Shown here: piece after piece, positions 28,880-38,947 of the stretch | Position numbering within the stretch: position 1 is the first letter of the stretch | Layout: each line of letters begins with the position of its first letter | Assembly: GCA_964427455.1 (NCBI GenBank) | Contig: CAYRUY010000001.1 | Coordinates: forward strand, 22,090-86,089 | Origin: an uncultured Candidatus Bathyarchaeia archaeon | Lineage (GTDB): Archaea > Thermoproteota > CALKCG01 > B24 > JAWCPE01 | DNA: 64,000 nucleotides | Direction: 5' to 3' | The notes under the pieces: model-generated | Seen by the model: the letters and a program-made list of their open reading frames with translations, nothing else | Databases searched by the model: none | Told to the model about the DNA's origin: nothing | Position numbers and translations under genes: made by a program

Positions 28880-29188
28880 ATGGATGTAGAGAAGCTCTCC
28901 GCCAAAGAGAAGGAGATCCATAGGGCGCTCGCCGGTGTTAAGGACCCTGAGCTGGGCTTCAGCATCACGGAGGCTGAACTGGTGGATGAGGTCAAGCTGG
29001 AGAGCGGAGAAGCCCACATAACGTACCACCTTACGGCGCCTTTCTGCCCACCAGTCTTCGCACTCTACATCGGCAGAGAGATACGGAAGAGGGCTCTGGA
29101 GGTAAACGGCGTAGAACGCGTCGAAGTCACGGTTAAGGACCACGTTCAAGCGGAGGCCATAAACAAGGCCTTAAGGCAGAAGCCCTAG
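28880..29188 (+). CDS. DUF59 / MIP18-like Fe-S cluster assembly protein
   Basis: VKDPELGFSI and LTAPFCP motifs. Confidence 0.85.
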   Translation: MDVEKLSAKEKEIHRALAGVKDPELGFSITEAELVDEVKLESGEAHITYHLTAPFCPPVFALYIGREIRKRALEVNGVERVEVTVKDHVQAEAINKALRQKP

Positions 29189-29212
29189 GCACCGTGGACC
29201 CCATGCTGCACG

Positions 29213-30166
29213 TTAGGGCCCAGACCTGATGACGCCTTTCACGTATCCCCGCGGCCTCTGTTGAGCCACCTGGAACGCTTCCTGGGCCTCGTCGAAGCCG
29301 TGGATATGCGTCATTAGGGGCTCTTGGTTGAAGACGCCTCGACGCATCAGCTTGACCGCTGTTCGGAACTCCCTTGTGAAGTCCGGCGAGAACTGAGGCG
29401 CGGTATTCAGGACGCGCAAGCCCCTCGTATGCCAGTCAGATGTGGGAACCATCTCGTCCTCCACATGGTGGCCGAAGATCACGACTGTCCCACTGTTACG
29501 GGCCAAGCCAGTCGCGAGGCTGATCGTCCCTCGAACCCCTGCCGCCTCGAAGACCACATCTGCTCCTCGACCCAGGACCGACCGGGTCTCCTTCAGAACA
29601 TCGGACCGGCGCGGGTTCAACGTCACCTCGGCCCCAAACCTCTTCGCCAACATTAGCTTGTGGTCGTCCAGGTCTACGGCGATGAGCGTTCCCGTATAGC
29701 TCTTCGGTAAGGCCTGAAGCAGGAGTAGGCCCATGTAGCCGCAGCCGACAACGCAGACATCGTCGCCGATCTCGACGTTTGCGCCACGGACCCCGTTCAC
29801 CGCGCAGGCGGCCGGTTCAGAGATCCACAGCCACGGTTTCTCAACGCCTTCAGGCAGCTTCGCAGCCTGACCCTCAACCGTCTTGTAGTACTCTGCGAAC
29901 GCGGGGCCGCCCAGCGTGGTCACCCTGTCCCCAGGCTTCAAGTCGACCACCTGGTCGCCCATGGAGACGACGGTTCCGACGCCCTCATGCCCGATGAACG
30001 CAGGGTACGCAGTCCTCGACCTCCCTGCGAAGGCGTGTACATCGCCCATACATATTCCACAAGCCTCAGTCTTGACGAGGACCTCTGCCCCCTTAGGCTC
30101 GTCGACATCGATGTTACTCAGTTCAACTCTTCCCGGCTCTATGACAGCGATAGCCTTGGCTCTCAA
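29213..30166 (-). CDS. Zinc-dependent medium-chain dehydrogenase (sugar/polyol type, lacks the structural-Zn lobe)
   Basis: CGICMGD, GHEGVG, EPAAC and GCGYMG motifs. Confidence 0.88.
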   Translation of the reverse strand: MRAKAIAVIEPGRVELSNIDVDEPKGAEVLVKTEACGICMGDVHAFAGRSRTAYPAFIGHEGVGTVVSMGDQVVDLKPGDRVTTLGGPAFAEYYKTVEGQAAKLPEGVEKPWLWISEPAACAVNGVRGANVEIGDDVCVVGCGYMGLLLLQALPKSYTGTLIAVDLDDHKLMLAKRFGAEVTLNPRRSDVLKETRSVLGRGADVVFEAAGVRGTISLATGLARNSGTVVIFGHHVEDEMVPTSDWHTRGLRVLNTAPQFSPDFTREFRTAVKLMRRGVFNQEPLMTHIHGFDEAQEAFQVAQQRPRGYVKGVIRSGP

Positions 30167-30328
30167 CTCTCTACCCTATCCTGACGCCCGCGAGCTACGC
30201 CCGGAGCCACTGGTGAGCGAGAATACCGCGTCGGTTCGCTTAAAACCATCGATCCAAGCCGGGCTATGCGCAACGGTTTTTACCATGCTCGAAGCTAAGG
30301 CGCCTGGTTCAAGGGACGGTTCCTCGGA

Positions 30329-30700
30329 ATGGTCGACATAATCCATCAACCAATCAGAGAGATCGTGATAATGGAGCATGTGGCATACCCTACGCCTGAG
30401 AAGCTTGCGCTAAACCTGGCAGTTGCCATTAGGGCTGGGCAGCCCGCCGTGCTCCATTGGGCTGAAGGCCTAGCCTTTATCCACCTACCTATCCCGCCGA
30501 CAACTGAACTCACCATGAAGCATTACCTAGATGGTCGCGTCTATTGGTCCTCGACCGCCTACGCCCCGATGCCAAGCTACAAGCAGATCGTTAGGGTCGA
30601 CAGCATGGAGATCCCGGTGATCGACGTCACACCGAACCATAGCCTTCGACAGGTCGCGCAATGGTTGAAAGAGAAGTTGCCGAAAGACCCAACCCAGTAA
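30329..30700 (+). CDS. Conserved hypothetical archaeal protein
   Basis: Clean 123-aa ORF in a likely operon with the M20 gene; no recognised motif. Confidence 0.7.
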   Translation: MVDIIHQPIREIVIMEHVAYPTPEKLALNLAVAIRAGQPAVLHWAEGLAFIHLPIPPTTELTMKHYLDGRVYWSSTAYAPMPSYKQIVRVDSMEIPVIDVTPNHSLRQVAQWLKEKLPKDPTQ

Positions 30701-30722
30701 CCGAAAGGCGGCGAAGCCTAGA

Positions 30723-32000
30723 ATGAGCCTTCAGGAACTGAAGTCTCAGATCGCAACTTCAGAGAAAGAGATCGCTGACCTCACCTCGAGGCTCGTCCAG
30801 TTCAAGACGGCAAACCCGCCTGGCCATACGGCTGAATGCGTAAGGTTCATCGAGTCCTTCTTTCATGGGAATAATGTCTCAACCCGCATCTACGAGCCTA
30901 GGGAGGGGAAGGCGAACATCTGCGCCTCCGTGCCCGGGAGACGCCCTGGGAAGGTCCTATGGCTGGGCCACCTAGATGTGGTCCCTGAAGGCTCTTTGGA
31001 GTTCTGGCAGCATGACCCCTATGGCGGCGACCAAGAGAACGGCCGTGTCTTTGGCCGCGGCTCCAGCGACATGAAGGGGGCTTGTGCCGCCGCGATGGTT
31101 GCCGCGAAGAGCCTTGCCAGGCTGAGTGAAGATGCGCGTGTCAACGTTGAGTTCTGGTTCACGTGTGACGAGGAGACCGGTGCTGTAGACGGGGCCCAGT
31201 GGCTTGCAAAGGCTGGGAGGTTCGACGGCGACCTCTGCGTCATAGGCGACTCCTTCTTCGGCTCGTTTGCGTCGCCCAGCCTCGACATCGGCTGCAGAGG
31301 CGCGGTGAGGCCGAGGCTTAGGGCGAAAGGCCGCACGGCGCATGGCAGCCAGCCTTACTTGGGCGATAACGCGATAGAGAAACTCCTTACGGCGCTACAA
31401 CACGTTAAGAGGATCGGTAACTACGAGCTGGAGTTGCCGGCGGAGCTAAGCCCTGTGATAGCTTCCAGTGTCTCGCTTCTCTTGCAGGAGCCAGGGCTCA
31501 CGGAGGCTCAGAAGGCGAGTGTCAGAAGACTGTACTGGCAGCCTACGGTCAGCCTCAACATCATAGAAGGGGGCGTAAAGAACAACGTCGTGCCTGACTC
31601 CGCTGAGGCTGTCCTAGACATTAGGGTGACGCCCGGAGCAGACCTCGAGGCCGTCAAGCGAGAGGTCATGAGGCTCCTAGAAGAGTCCGGCGTTGAAGGA
31701 GTAACGGCTGAGATCGAAGTGACCGGGGGCGGAGGATACTATGAGCCCCCTGCTTCGCGGCCCGTCTTGGAGCTAGCTCGCATCGTCAAGACAGTCCTAG
31801 GCGTTGAACCTGTGCTTAACATCCTGACAGGCGGCACAGACGGCATATGGGTGAACAAGCTGTCAGGGATACCGTCAGTAGGGTTCGGCCCAGGTCTCAC
31901 AGGAATCGCGCACAGGCCTGACGAATCCGTTCCGATCCAGCACCTGGTCGCTGCGGCACAGGTCTACGCGGCTCTTCCGTTCCTTTATGGAAGCTCATAG
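30723..32000 (+). CDS. M20 family metallo-hydrolase (ArgE/DapE-like)
   Basis: GHLDVVP, GRGSSDMKG, DEETG, AHGS, GGTD and AHRPDE motifs. Confidence 0.9.
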   Translation: MSLQELKSQIATSEKEIADLTSRLVQFKTANPPGHTAECVRFIESFFHGNNVSTRIYEPREGKANICASVPGRRPGKVLWLGHLDVVPEGSLEFWQHDPYGGDQENGRVFGRGSSDMKGACAAAMVAAKSLARLSEDARVNVEFWFTCDEETGAVDGAQWLAKAGRFDGDLCVIGDSFFGSFASPSLDIGCRGAVRPRLRAKGRTAHGSQPYLGDNAIEKLLTALQHVKRIGNYELELPAELSPVIASSVSLLLQEPGLTEAQKASVRRLYWQPTVSLNIIEGGVKNNVVPDSAEAVLDIRVTPGADLEAVKREVMRLLEESGVEGVTAEIEVTGGGGYYEPPASRPVLELARIVKTVLGVEPVLNILTGGTDGIWVNKLSGIPSVGFGPGLTGIAHRPDESVPIQHLVAAAQVYAALPFLYGSS

Positions 32001-32039
32001 ATCGACTGGCTCCTCTGGGACGGAGGAGCGAGGCCGGGA

Positions 32040-32888
32040 TTACTTCCCGAACCTTCTTGCTCTTCGCTGATAGGCCCTGATCGCCTTGAGCATGTCCAGG
32101 CGGTTGAACCCAGGCCAGTAGACGCCTGAGAAGTACAGCTCACTATAGGCGCTCTGCCAGAGGAGGAAGCCGCTCAACCGTTCCTCTCCGCTTGTGCGTA
32201 TGATCAGGTCGGGCTCAGAGTTGGGCAGATATGACGTGTACAGGTGTTCCTCAACAACCTTCTCATCAACCTCCTCAGGCCTGATCTCACCCTTGAGGAT
32301 CTCGGCCCCGATTCTGCGCGCCGCGTCCACGATCTCGCTCCTGCCCGTGTACGCTATAGCCACGTTCAACCAATGCTTGTCATAAGCAGCCGTCTCCTGT
32401 TCCGCCCGGGCGATCAGCTCCTGCAAGGGCTTGGGCAGGAGTTCAAGGCGGCCGATCGCCTTGATCCGTACCCTATGCTCGTGTATCCGTTTGTCTCTTA
32501 TCACCACATTCAGCTTCTCCTCGCAGAGCCTCAACACCTCCTTCACTTCCTCCTGAGGACGCTCGAAGTTCTCTATCGAGAAGACATAGAGGCTAACAGT
32601 CTTGATACCTAGGTCAAGACACCATGTTAGAAGCCGCTCAACCTTCTCGGCCCCCTTCCTATGCCCCAGCCAATACGGCAGCTCGTGGCTTCCGGCCCAC
32701 CGCCTATTGCCGTCAATTATGAAACCTATATGCTTCGGAAGGCTTCCCTCTGCCCTAACTTGCCGCTCAAGCCACCACTCCCGGGCTCGATCGATGCCCG
32801 TAGCTTCCAGCAGGCCCCTAAGCACCAGCTGCCTCCACCAAACCGCACCCTTGTCTAGGCTCGTCCTAAAAGAGTTTCCCGCTAGCAT
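32040..32888 (-). CDS. uppS: cis-Polyprenyl diphosphate synthase
   Basis: HIGFIIDGNRRWA, FSIENFERP and PDLIIRTSGEERLSGFLLWQSAYSE motifs. Confidence 0.95.
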   Translation of the reverse strand: MLAGNSFRTSLDKGAVWWRQLVLRGLLEATGIDRAREWWLERQVRAEGSLPKHIGFIIDGNRRWAGSHELPYWLGHRKGAEKVERLLTWCLDLGIKTVSLYVFSIENFERPQEEVKEVLRLCEEKLNVVIRDKRIHEHRVRIKAIGRLELLPKPLQELIARAEQETAAYDKHWLNVAIAYTGRSEIVDAARRIGAEILKGEIRPEEVDEKVVEEHLYTSYLPNSEPDLIIRTSGEERLSGFLLWQSAYSELYFSGVYWPGFNRLDMLKAIRAYQRRARRFGK

Positions 32889-32966
32889 AGACCGCGAGAC
32901 TTAGGGCTTCGCTTTGGACGCCCAGCTCGTCGGTCTCAAGGTTTATTAGATCCCCTCACGGGTTCG

Positions 32967-34862
32967 GTGAGGTTCCACGCATCGAGGCGAAACCTCCTGT
33001 CCTCTGCGATCGAGGCCCCAAAGCCTTCGTTCTTGAAGGAGTCCCTCCGAGGCAACATGGGCGTCTTCGCTGTTAGGACTCTTCTTCTGGCTATCAGCGG
33101 GGGGCTGACAGGAGGCCTTGACGCACTGTACGTGTACCAGGTGCTTCACGCCGATGCCGTCATCCTCGGCTCATTCGCCTCCATATGGTCTGCAGTCTTC
33201 CTCTCGTTCACGCTCTTCGGTGGTTGGTTCAGTGACCGATATGAGCGGAAAACAAGCCTGTTGCTAGGGACAGGGGTGACGCTTCTGAACCCCCTGGTAT
33301 ACGCCATAGCCCCAGATTGGCAACTGCTGCTCGTCGCGAACCTTCTAGGAGCTGTTGGAACTGCCATCGCGAACCCCGCATACGTCGCCCTCCTCGTGAC
33401 TTCCGTGGGCCAGGACCGTAGAACCGAGTCAATAGCTGTCATCAACACAGTGTCGAGTGTCGCTAACGCAGTCGTCCCGCCTACGGCCGCTCTGGCTGTC
33501 CAGAGCATGGGCGGACTCGAACGTCTCAGGTTGATGTTCTTTCTGCAGTTCCTAGCCGGAATCGGGGTGTGGTACTACACGAAGAAGCATCTCGCCCCCG
33601 TCGGCACGGTCAAGCCCGACAACGGGGTTCGGCAAGAAAGCATCGTGAAACAGATGGTACGCGACATGAAGGATGTCTGGAACCTCTCGCGTGAGAGGAA
33701 GGCCACATCATGGGTCTACATAGCTGCCACAGCGCCGCTCGCTTGGAACGTGGTAGGTCCCTTCTGGACCCTTTACGCCTACGAGGCATTGGGCTCACCC
33801 ATCTACGTGGTCGGACTGCTCCCTGCCGTCGCGTCGCTCGTCCATGCTGCCGCAGAGATACCCCTAGCGAGGAAAGCCAGCTCAGTCGGCAGGAGGCGAG
33901 TCATCGTTTCAATGAGGCCTTTCACGTATGGCAGCTTGGTCGTGCTCTTGGTCGCGGGCACCTTGAAGCCTGACATATCGCCTTTCCTGCCCCTTGCGGC
34001 ATGGGCGCTGCTAGCGCTAGGTGAGTCTTCGGGCCCCGCATGGACGGCTGCGGCCACGGAGGTCATGCCAGCTGAGGTGCAGGGGAAATGGGATGCCTTC
34101 AGGAACTTCGTCTCATACGCTGTGGCGATCCCAGCGGGTATCGCGGGCGGCTTACTCTGGAACATCGACCGCCGGCTCCCGTTCGCTGTGGCGCTCGTCG
34201 TGGATGGCGTGCTCCGTTTCCCCGTCCTAGCGCGGATGGTCCCTGAGACCCTCGTCAAGTTCCCGACATCGATCAGGGTGCCTGGCCAAAGGGTGGTGAT
34301 CTACGGCCTCTCAGAGGCTGGCTTGACCTCCACGGCGAAGGAGATGAGGGATGCCCTCCAGGCTGAGATTGTCGACGATGAGTGGGTTGGGCGAAAGCTC
34401 CGGGAGCGGAGGCTTGAGATCGAGAGGACAATGCACAGGCCGCACATCTTCACCGGGGAGAAGGACATACTCGAGAAGGGGATCACCCGAATCCTCGCAG
34501 AGGAGGAGAAGCCTATGATCGTTGAGGGCAAGGTAGCCATCTATGCGGCTCGGGAGGCAGACAAAGCAACCCTCGTGCTTCTCGTCGCGCCGAGATACGA
34601 GAGGGCTCGTAGGCTTGCCCAGAGCACGAAGAAGCCGGACTTTGTCGCGCTCCGGGAGATCGAGCAGAGGGATAGGGAGACGCAGCGGCTCGTCAGACAT
34701 GTTCTCCGAGCTGACATACGGGCAATCCCTCCCTTCGACGTGGCGATCAACACCGAACGGATACCCCGGGAGCTTGTCAAGAAGATCCTGCGGGTTATCG
34801 ATGAGCATCTATCCGAGAAGGCCTCAGGGGAGAAGGAGAAACAGGAGGGGGGCTCGGCCTAG
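32967..34862 (+). CDS. MFS transporter fused to a C-terminal cytidylate-kinase-like domain
   Basis: About 12 TM segments with GGWFSDRYERK (MFS motif A); C-terminal VVIYGLSEAGLTS, IVEGK, LVAP..ERARRL and FDVAINT. Confidence 0.8.
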   Translation: MRFHASRRNLLSSAIEAPKPSFLKESLRGNMGVFAVRTLLLAISGGLTGGLDALYVYQVLHADAVILGSFASIWSAVFLSFTLFGGWFSDRYERKTSLLLGTGVTLLNPLVYAIAPDWQLLLVANLLGAVGTAIANPAYVALLVTSVGQDRRTESIAVINTVSSVANAVVPPTAALAVQSMGGLERLRLMFFLQFLAGIGVWYYTKKHLAPVGTVKPDNGVRQESIVKQMVRDMKDVWNLSRERKATSWVYIAATAPLAWNVVGPFWTLYAYEALGSPIYVVGLLPAVASLVHAAAEIPLARKASSVGRRRVIVSMRPFTYGSLVVLLVAGTLKPDISPFLPLAAWALLALGESSGPAWTAAATEVMPAEVQGKWDAFRNFVSYAVAIPAGIAGGLLWNIDRRLPFAVALVVDGVLRFPVLARMVPETLVKFPTSIRVPGQRVVIYGLSEAGLTSTAKEMRDALQAEIVDDEWVGRKLRERRLEIERTMHRPHIFTGEKDILEKGITRILAEEEKPMIVEGKVAIYAAREADKATLVLLVAPRYERARRLAQSTKKPDFVALREIEQRDRETQRLVRHVLRADIRAIPPFDVAINTERIPRELVKKILRVIDEHLSEKASGEKEKQEGGSA

Positions 34863-35851
34863 GGCTGCCCGCCTGCAGGGCTTCTTGGGAGAGCCGCCGG
34901 GTTGACTACGTTCTCCGGGGCCCCTCTAAGGTAAGCAGCCACATTATCCACGGCCATATTCAGCCCCCTGTCGAGGGCTTCGCGTGTCTGCCCGGCGCTA
35001 TGAGGCGTCAGCACCACGTTCTCTAGGTTGAGAAGCGGGCATGATGGGTCGAGGGGTTCCCTCTCGTACACGTCGAGGCCCGCGCCCGCGATCCTGTTCG
35101 ATGTAAGCGCTTCTATGATTGCCTCTTGGTCGACGAGGCCGCCGCGCGCCGTGTTGACAAGGATAGCGGTTGGCTTCATCAATGCGAGCTTACTCGCATC
35201 TATGAGCCGTTCCGTGTCCTTGCTTAACCTAAGGTGAAGCGAGACAACATCCGACGTCTTCAGGAGCTCCTCTAACGAAACGTATCTGAAGCCTACGCTC
35301 TCAGCCCTTTCGCTGGAGGGATGGAGGGTCCAAGCCTGAACCTTCATGCCAATCCCCTTTCCGAGCCTCGCCATTTGCACGCCTATCGCCCCAGTGCCGA
35401 CGATGCCCAACGTCTTCCCGTTCAACTGGTTGACTAGGCCTCTCACCCATCTCCCTTCGCGAACCTGTCTGTCGATAACGGTGATACGGCGAGCCACGGC
35501 TAGCATCAAGGCGAGCGCATGTTCAGCAACCGCTTCGGTCGAGGTGTTGGGTGTGTTCGTCACGAGCACGCCAAGCCTTGTCGCAGAGACCAGATCGATG
35601 TTGTCAACGCCCGTGCCCCAGACGGATATCAACCTTAGGCTTGGGCTCTGGGCGAGGACTTCCTCGGTGAACCTGCAGTACGCACGTATGTTCACCACGA
35701 TCGGCGCCTCGCTGGTCCTTGCCAAAAGCTCAGTCACTGAGCCAGGCCTCGTGTCAAACAGCGTCACCTTACCCAAAGCTCGAAGCCTCTCTAGGGCTTC
35801 AGTCCCAGAGAGCACTGGCGGATAGTCGTCCGGCACCACTATCCTGACCAA
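34859..35851 (-). CDS. D-isomer-specific 2-hydroxyacid dehydrogenase (SerA-like)
   Basis: GVDNID, GIVGTGAIG, VNTARG, GAGLDVY and LTPHSA motifs; start refined to TTG 35851. Confidence 0.9.
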   Translation of the reverse strand: MVRIVVPDDYPPVLSGTEALERLRALGKVTLFDTRPGSVTELLARTSEAPIVVNIRAYCRFTEEVLAQSPSLRLISVWGTGVDNIDLVSATRLGVLVTNTPNTSTEAVAEHALALMLAVARRITVIDRQVREGRWVRGLVNQLNGKTLGIVGTGAIGVQMARLGKGIGMKVQAWTLHPSSERAESVGFRYVSLEELLKTSDVVSLHLRLSKDTERLIDASKLALMKPTAILVNTARGGLVDQEAIIEALTSNRIAGAGLDVYEREPLDPSCPLLNLENVVLTPHSAGQTREALDRGLNMAVDNVAAYLRGAPENVVNPAALPRSPAGGQP

Positions 35852-36025
35852 TCCCAGACCAACTCGCGCCAGCACGGTTGGTTCAAGACAGCTTAATGCT
35901 TTTCTGCGCGAGGCCTGGCGCAGACCTACCTGGCCAAGCCCCCTTCCTGTTCTAGCTTCTAGAACCATTGTACTAATTCATAGCGTTATATGATACCGAA
36001 GCTATCTTCGCTCAGAGGGAGATAG

Positions 36026-37372
36026 ATGAAGAAGACAACTCTGGTCGCGGTCGGTCTACTCCTCGCGGTGGTAGTTCCAGTGCTGGCCTACACGTTCAGG
36101 ACTCCAATGCAGGCCGTCCCTGTGGCTCAGGGAGGCGAAGGCACCTCTCTCACAATCTACCAGATCGGGCTCAGCTACGTTGTCACTCAGGTCGAGGCGA
36201 CTTTCGCAGGTGGCAAAGGGAGCATCATTCTTCCAGCCTCGATGATTCCGCAGACGCTCAGAATCGTCGACCCGGACCCAGTCGCCATGACGCTGAAGGG
36301 CCGCATCCCTGAGCAGCTGCTGCTCGTCAAAGGTGATAACATCACCGTGCACACGGCTACGGCCACCTATAGCGGCACCTACGAAGGCGTAAAGGATGGA
36401 TATCTGGTCCTAGGCCTGTCGGGGGCCTCCATCCTCGTCAAGCTCGAAGCGATCACCTCGATTGAGGTTGAGAGGGCTGTCCTGGTTGAAGCCCCGGTTG
36501 AGGGGGTACGAGTGGAGATCGAGGCCGTAGTCTCAGATGGACCGCACAACGTGACGGCCACGTTCCTCACAAGGGGGACATCGTGGCAGGCAAACCATCT
36601 CCTAGACGTAGACTCAGGCAGCATCCGGACATGGGCCTCTGTAACAAGCTACGAGAACTGGACAGATGCCAGATTAAGCCTAGTCGTCGGACAACCACAC
36701 ATCGTCTTTGAGGGACCAATCCGCTACGCCTTTGACGAGTCGAAGACGCAGGCCGGGGCTCCGGCTCCGATCGAATGGACAGTCTCAGGCCTCGGCGAAT
36801 ACCATGAGTTCCAACTTAGCAGACCCATCTCATTGGCGGCGGGAGGTACGACGATGCTCCTCCTGCTGAACGGCTCTGTCGGCGTTGAGAGAGAATACTT
36901 CTGGAGCAGCTCACAGCCCTACTACTACGGCGTCATCCCACCCGTCTCTGAGAGCCCGGTCGTCGAATACGTTAACGTGACGAACACGTTGAGCCAGCCG
37001 CTTCCCAAAGGCTTGGCGCAGCTCTACCGAGAACAGAAATGGGTTGGAAACGACTGGATGCCCTACATAGCCGTGGACGCGAATGCGAAGATGACCGTCG
37101 GTCTGGCCCTGGATGTCGAGGTGAAGCACGAAGTCACCAACATCCAGCACCTGGTCAGCTCAGACAGAGTTACGGTGCAACTCACAGCCCTGAACCACAA
37201 GAAAGAGGATATCGTCCTGGTCCTGCAGCAAACGATCCCCTATGATGCCACGTTGATCCAAGCAGACCCGAAACCTCAGCAGCTAGGCCAAGTCCTCACT
37301 TGGAACGTTGCAGTCCCGCGGGGACAATCGACTGGGGTCACGTACACCTACGAGGTCCCAGTCCGGAAGTAA
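36026..37372 (+). CDS. DUF4139-like secreted protein
   Basis: Signal peptide; LTIY, GTSWQANH, NWTDARLSLVVG, PLPKG and LTWNVAVP motifs. Confidence 0.72.
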   Translation: MKKTTLVAVGLLLAVVVPVLAYTFRTPMQAVPVAQGGEGTSLTIYQIGLSYVVTQVEATFAGGKGSIILPASMIPQTLRIVDPDPVAMTLKGRIPEQLLLVKGDNITVHTATATYSGTYEGVKDGYLVLGLSGASILVKLEAITSIEVERAVLVEAPVEGVRVEIEAVVSDGPHNVTATFLTRGTSWQANHLLDVDSGSIRTWASVTSYENWTDARLSLVVGQPHIVFEGPIRYAFDESKTQAGAPAPIEWTVSGLGEYHEFQLSRPISLAAGGTTMLLLLNGSVGVEREYFWSSSQPYYYGVIPPVSESPVVEYVNVTNTLSQPLPKGLAQLYREQKWVGNDWMPYIAVDANAKMTVGLALDVEVKHEVTNIQHLVSSDRVTVQLTALNHKKEDIVLVLQQTIPYDATLIQADPKPQQLGQVLTWNVAVPRGQSTGVTYTYEVPVRK

Positions 37373-37647
37373 ACGGCAGGATTCGGAGCAGCTCCTCCCC
37401 CCTTTTCTTTCCCGCTTCGGATTCGAGGGTTAGGTCTCTTGGCTGTGGGCAAGACAGCCAGCCGATTGCCGGCGAGTATTGCTTGACCAAGCAGACCAAC
37501 AGAGCCAGCTTCCTTCTCGGACTACGCTCTCCACGAGGACGCGCGCCAAGGAAGCTCTCTTACACCCGATCCAGATCGAGCCGAGATTAGCGCGATCCCT
37601 GAGAATACTTTGCATCGGACTTGCGCGCGTAGAGGGGTCCATGAAGG

Positions 37648-38001
37648 CTATTCGACCGGGATAACGAAGCGGGACTCTCTGCCCGCGCTCACGTATCTTC
37701 CGCCAAGACCCCTGACTGTCGCCGCTATCGAGGTGAACTTGTCTCGGCCGAGATAACCGGTCGGTCTCACTACGATGCCCTCGGCCTCCTCCGTCACGGT
37801 CAACTCAGAGAGGAAGGCAGCAAGCCTTGCTTTGACCGTCTCAACCGCAACCCTGCGGCCCTCCTGTACCTGAAGCGTAGGTGCGGCTGGGGCTGCAGCG
37901 GGAACCGAGGGCTTAGCTCTCACGGTAACCGTGACCTCAACCCCGTTTACAGTGATTACCGCCCCGTCCCCAGTAGGCGTAACCTTCACGTTCACGCTCA
38001 T
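37648..38001 (-). CDS. Hypothetical protein with Pro/Ala linker and small C-terminal alpha/beta domain
   Basis: ATG start with upstream TATA; C-terminal VRPTGYLG..F..IA..VR.LGG.YVSAG..S.F pattern. Confidence 0.7.
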   Translation of the reverse strand: MSVNVKVTPTGDGAVITVNGVEVTVTVRAKPSVPAAAPAAPTLQVQEGRRVAVETVKARLAAFLSELTVTEEAEGIVVRPTGYLGRDKFTSIAATVRGLGGRYVSAGRESRFVIPVE

Positions 38002-38127
38002 GTAACCGTCATCTCTACACCGTATGTAGTGGCGCCTGGCCTTATATCCTATCAGCCTACTTGAGGGCTAGCCGATCACCTGCGGCCGTTGGTACTCGTT
38101 CGCCTATAGAATCGCGGGGGCACAACG

Positions 38128-38463
38128 TTAGGAGTATTCACGCCACACGTAGCCACACTTCGAGCACCTGAAGAACTGCGTCGGAGACTCGTCTGCTCCG
38201 CGAGTCTGAACGGTCCACCAGAAGGCTTCCTCATTCCCGCACTTCGGACAGTCGATCTCCGTCGTCGGGAGGGTCCTTATCTTACCTGCCTCGATGTCTA
38301 TCACCGTTATGGGCTCTGCCCCACGCTCCTTCTCGACCGTCTCCGAAAGCACAGCCTCACGCTCTATTGTTTCCGTGAAGCCACACTTCGGACAGAGCCT
38401 CGATGCTTGGTCCTTCTGATAGCGGACGACGAGCTTCGTGCCACACGTTTCGCAGAAATCCAT
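38128..38463 (-). CDS. tfs: Transcription factor S (RpoM/TFIIS homologue)
   Basis: FCETCG, CPKCG and QTRGADESPTQFFRCSKCG (acidic DE hairpin intact). Confidence 0.95.
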   Translation of the reverse strand: MDFCETCGTKLVVRYQKDQASRLCPKCGFTETIEREAVLSETVEKERGAEPITVIDIEAGKIRTLPTTEIDCPKCGNEEAFWWTVQTRGADESPTQFFRCSKCGYVWREYS

Positions 38464-38512
38464 CCTCGGTGAGCCTAGAGCCTCGCGGCACGTGGACCTC
38501 TTAAACCTTTGC

Positions 38513-38947
38513 TCACATGTTCTTCACAGCGCCGGCGATTAGCGCGGCAACACGGAGGGGCTCAGGCTTTCGCCAGAAGGCACAGCTCTCCGCGACGATT
38601 GTGGCCGCAGCCTCGGAGCTGAGCCCGAAGGGCTTCACACCGCCGGAGCTTGAGGCGTACAGGATCACCGGGAGGCCTGTCTTCTCCACGAGGATGGGTG
38701 CGTCAAAAGGGAGCTTGACCCCCATACAAGCCAGGGGGCTCATTATGAGCCTAATCTGACCATAATGGGGCGAATTCCTAACAGCCTGGGAGAGGTCCCT
38801 TTCCAGAACGCCTGGCTCCCTGCAAGCTCGAGCTCTGATGAAGCCGTCAAGCCAAAGGCCACCTCTGAAGACGACCCCGACGAATTCGAGAGATCCTTCG
38901 CCAGCCGGGAACCAAGCCAAGGCGAGGATGCGGATCTCCCTTTTCAC
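38513..38947 (-). CDS. DUF99 family (endonuclease V-like) protein, divergent; start uncertain
   Basis: KREIRIL, VGVVFRGGLWLDG, SPHYGQIRLIM, TGLPVI and PEPLRVA motifs. Confidence 0.7.
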   Translation of the reverse strand: MKREIRILALAWFPAGEGSLEFVGVVFRGGLWLDGFIRARACREPGVLERDLSQAVRNSPHYGQIRLIMSPLACMGVKLPFDAPILVEKTGLPVILYASSSGGVKPFGLSSEAAATIVAESCAFWRKPEPLRVAALIAGAVKNM

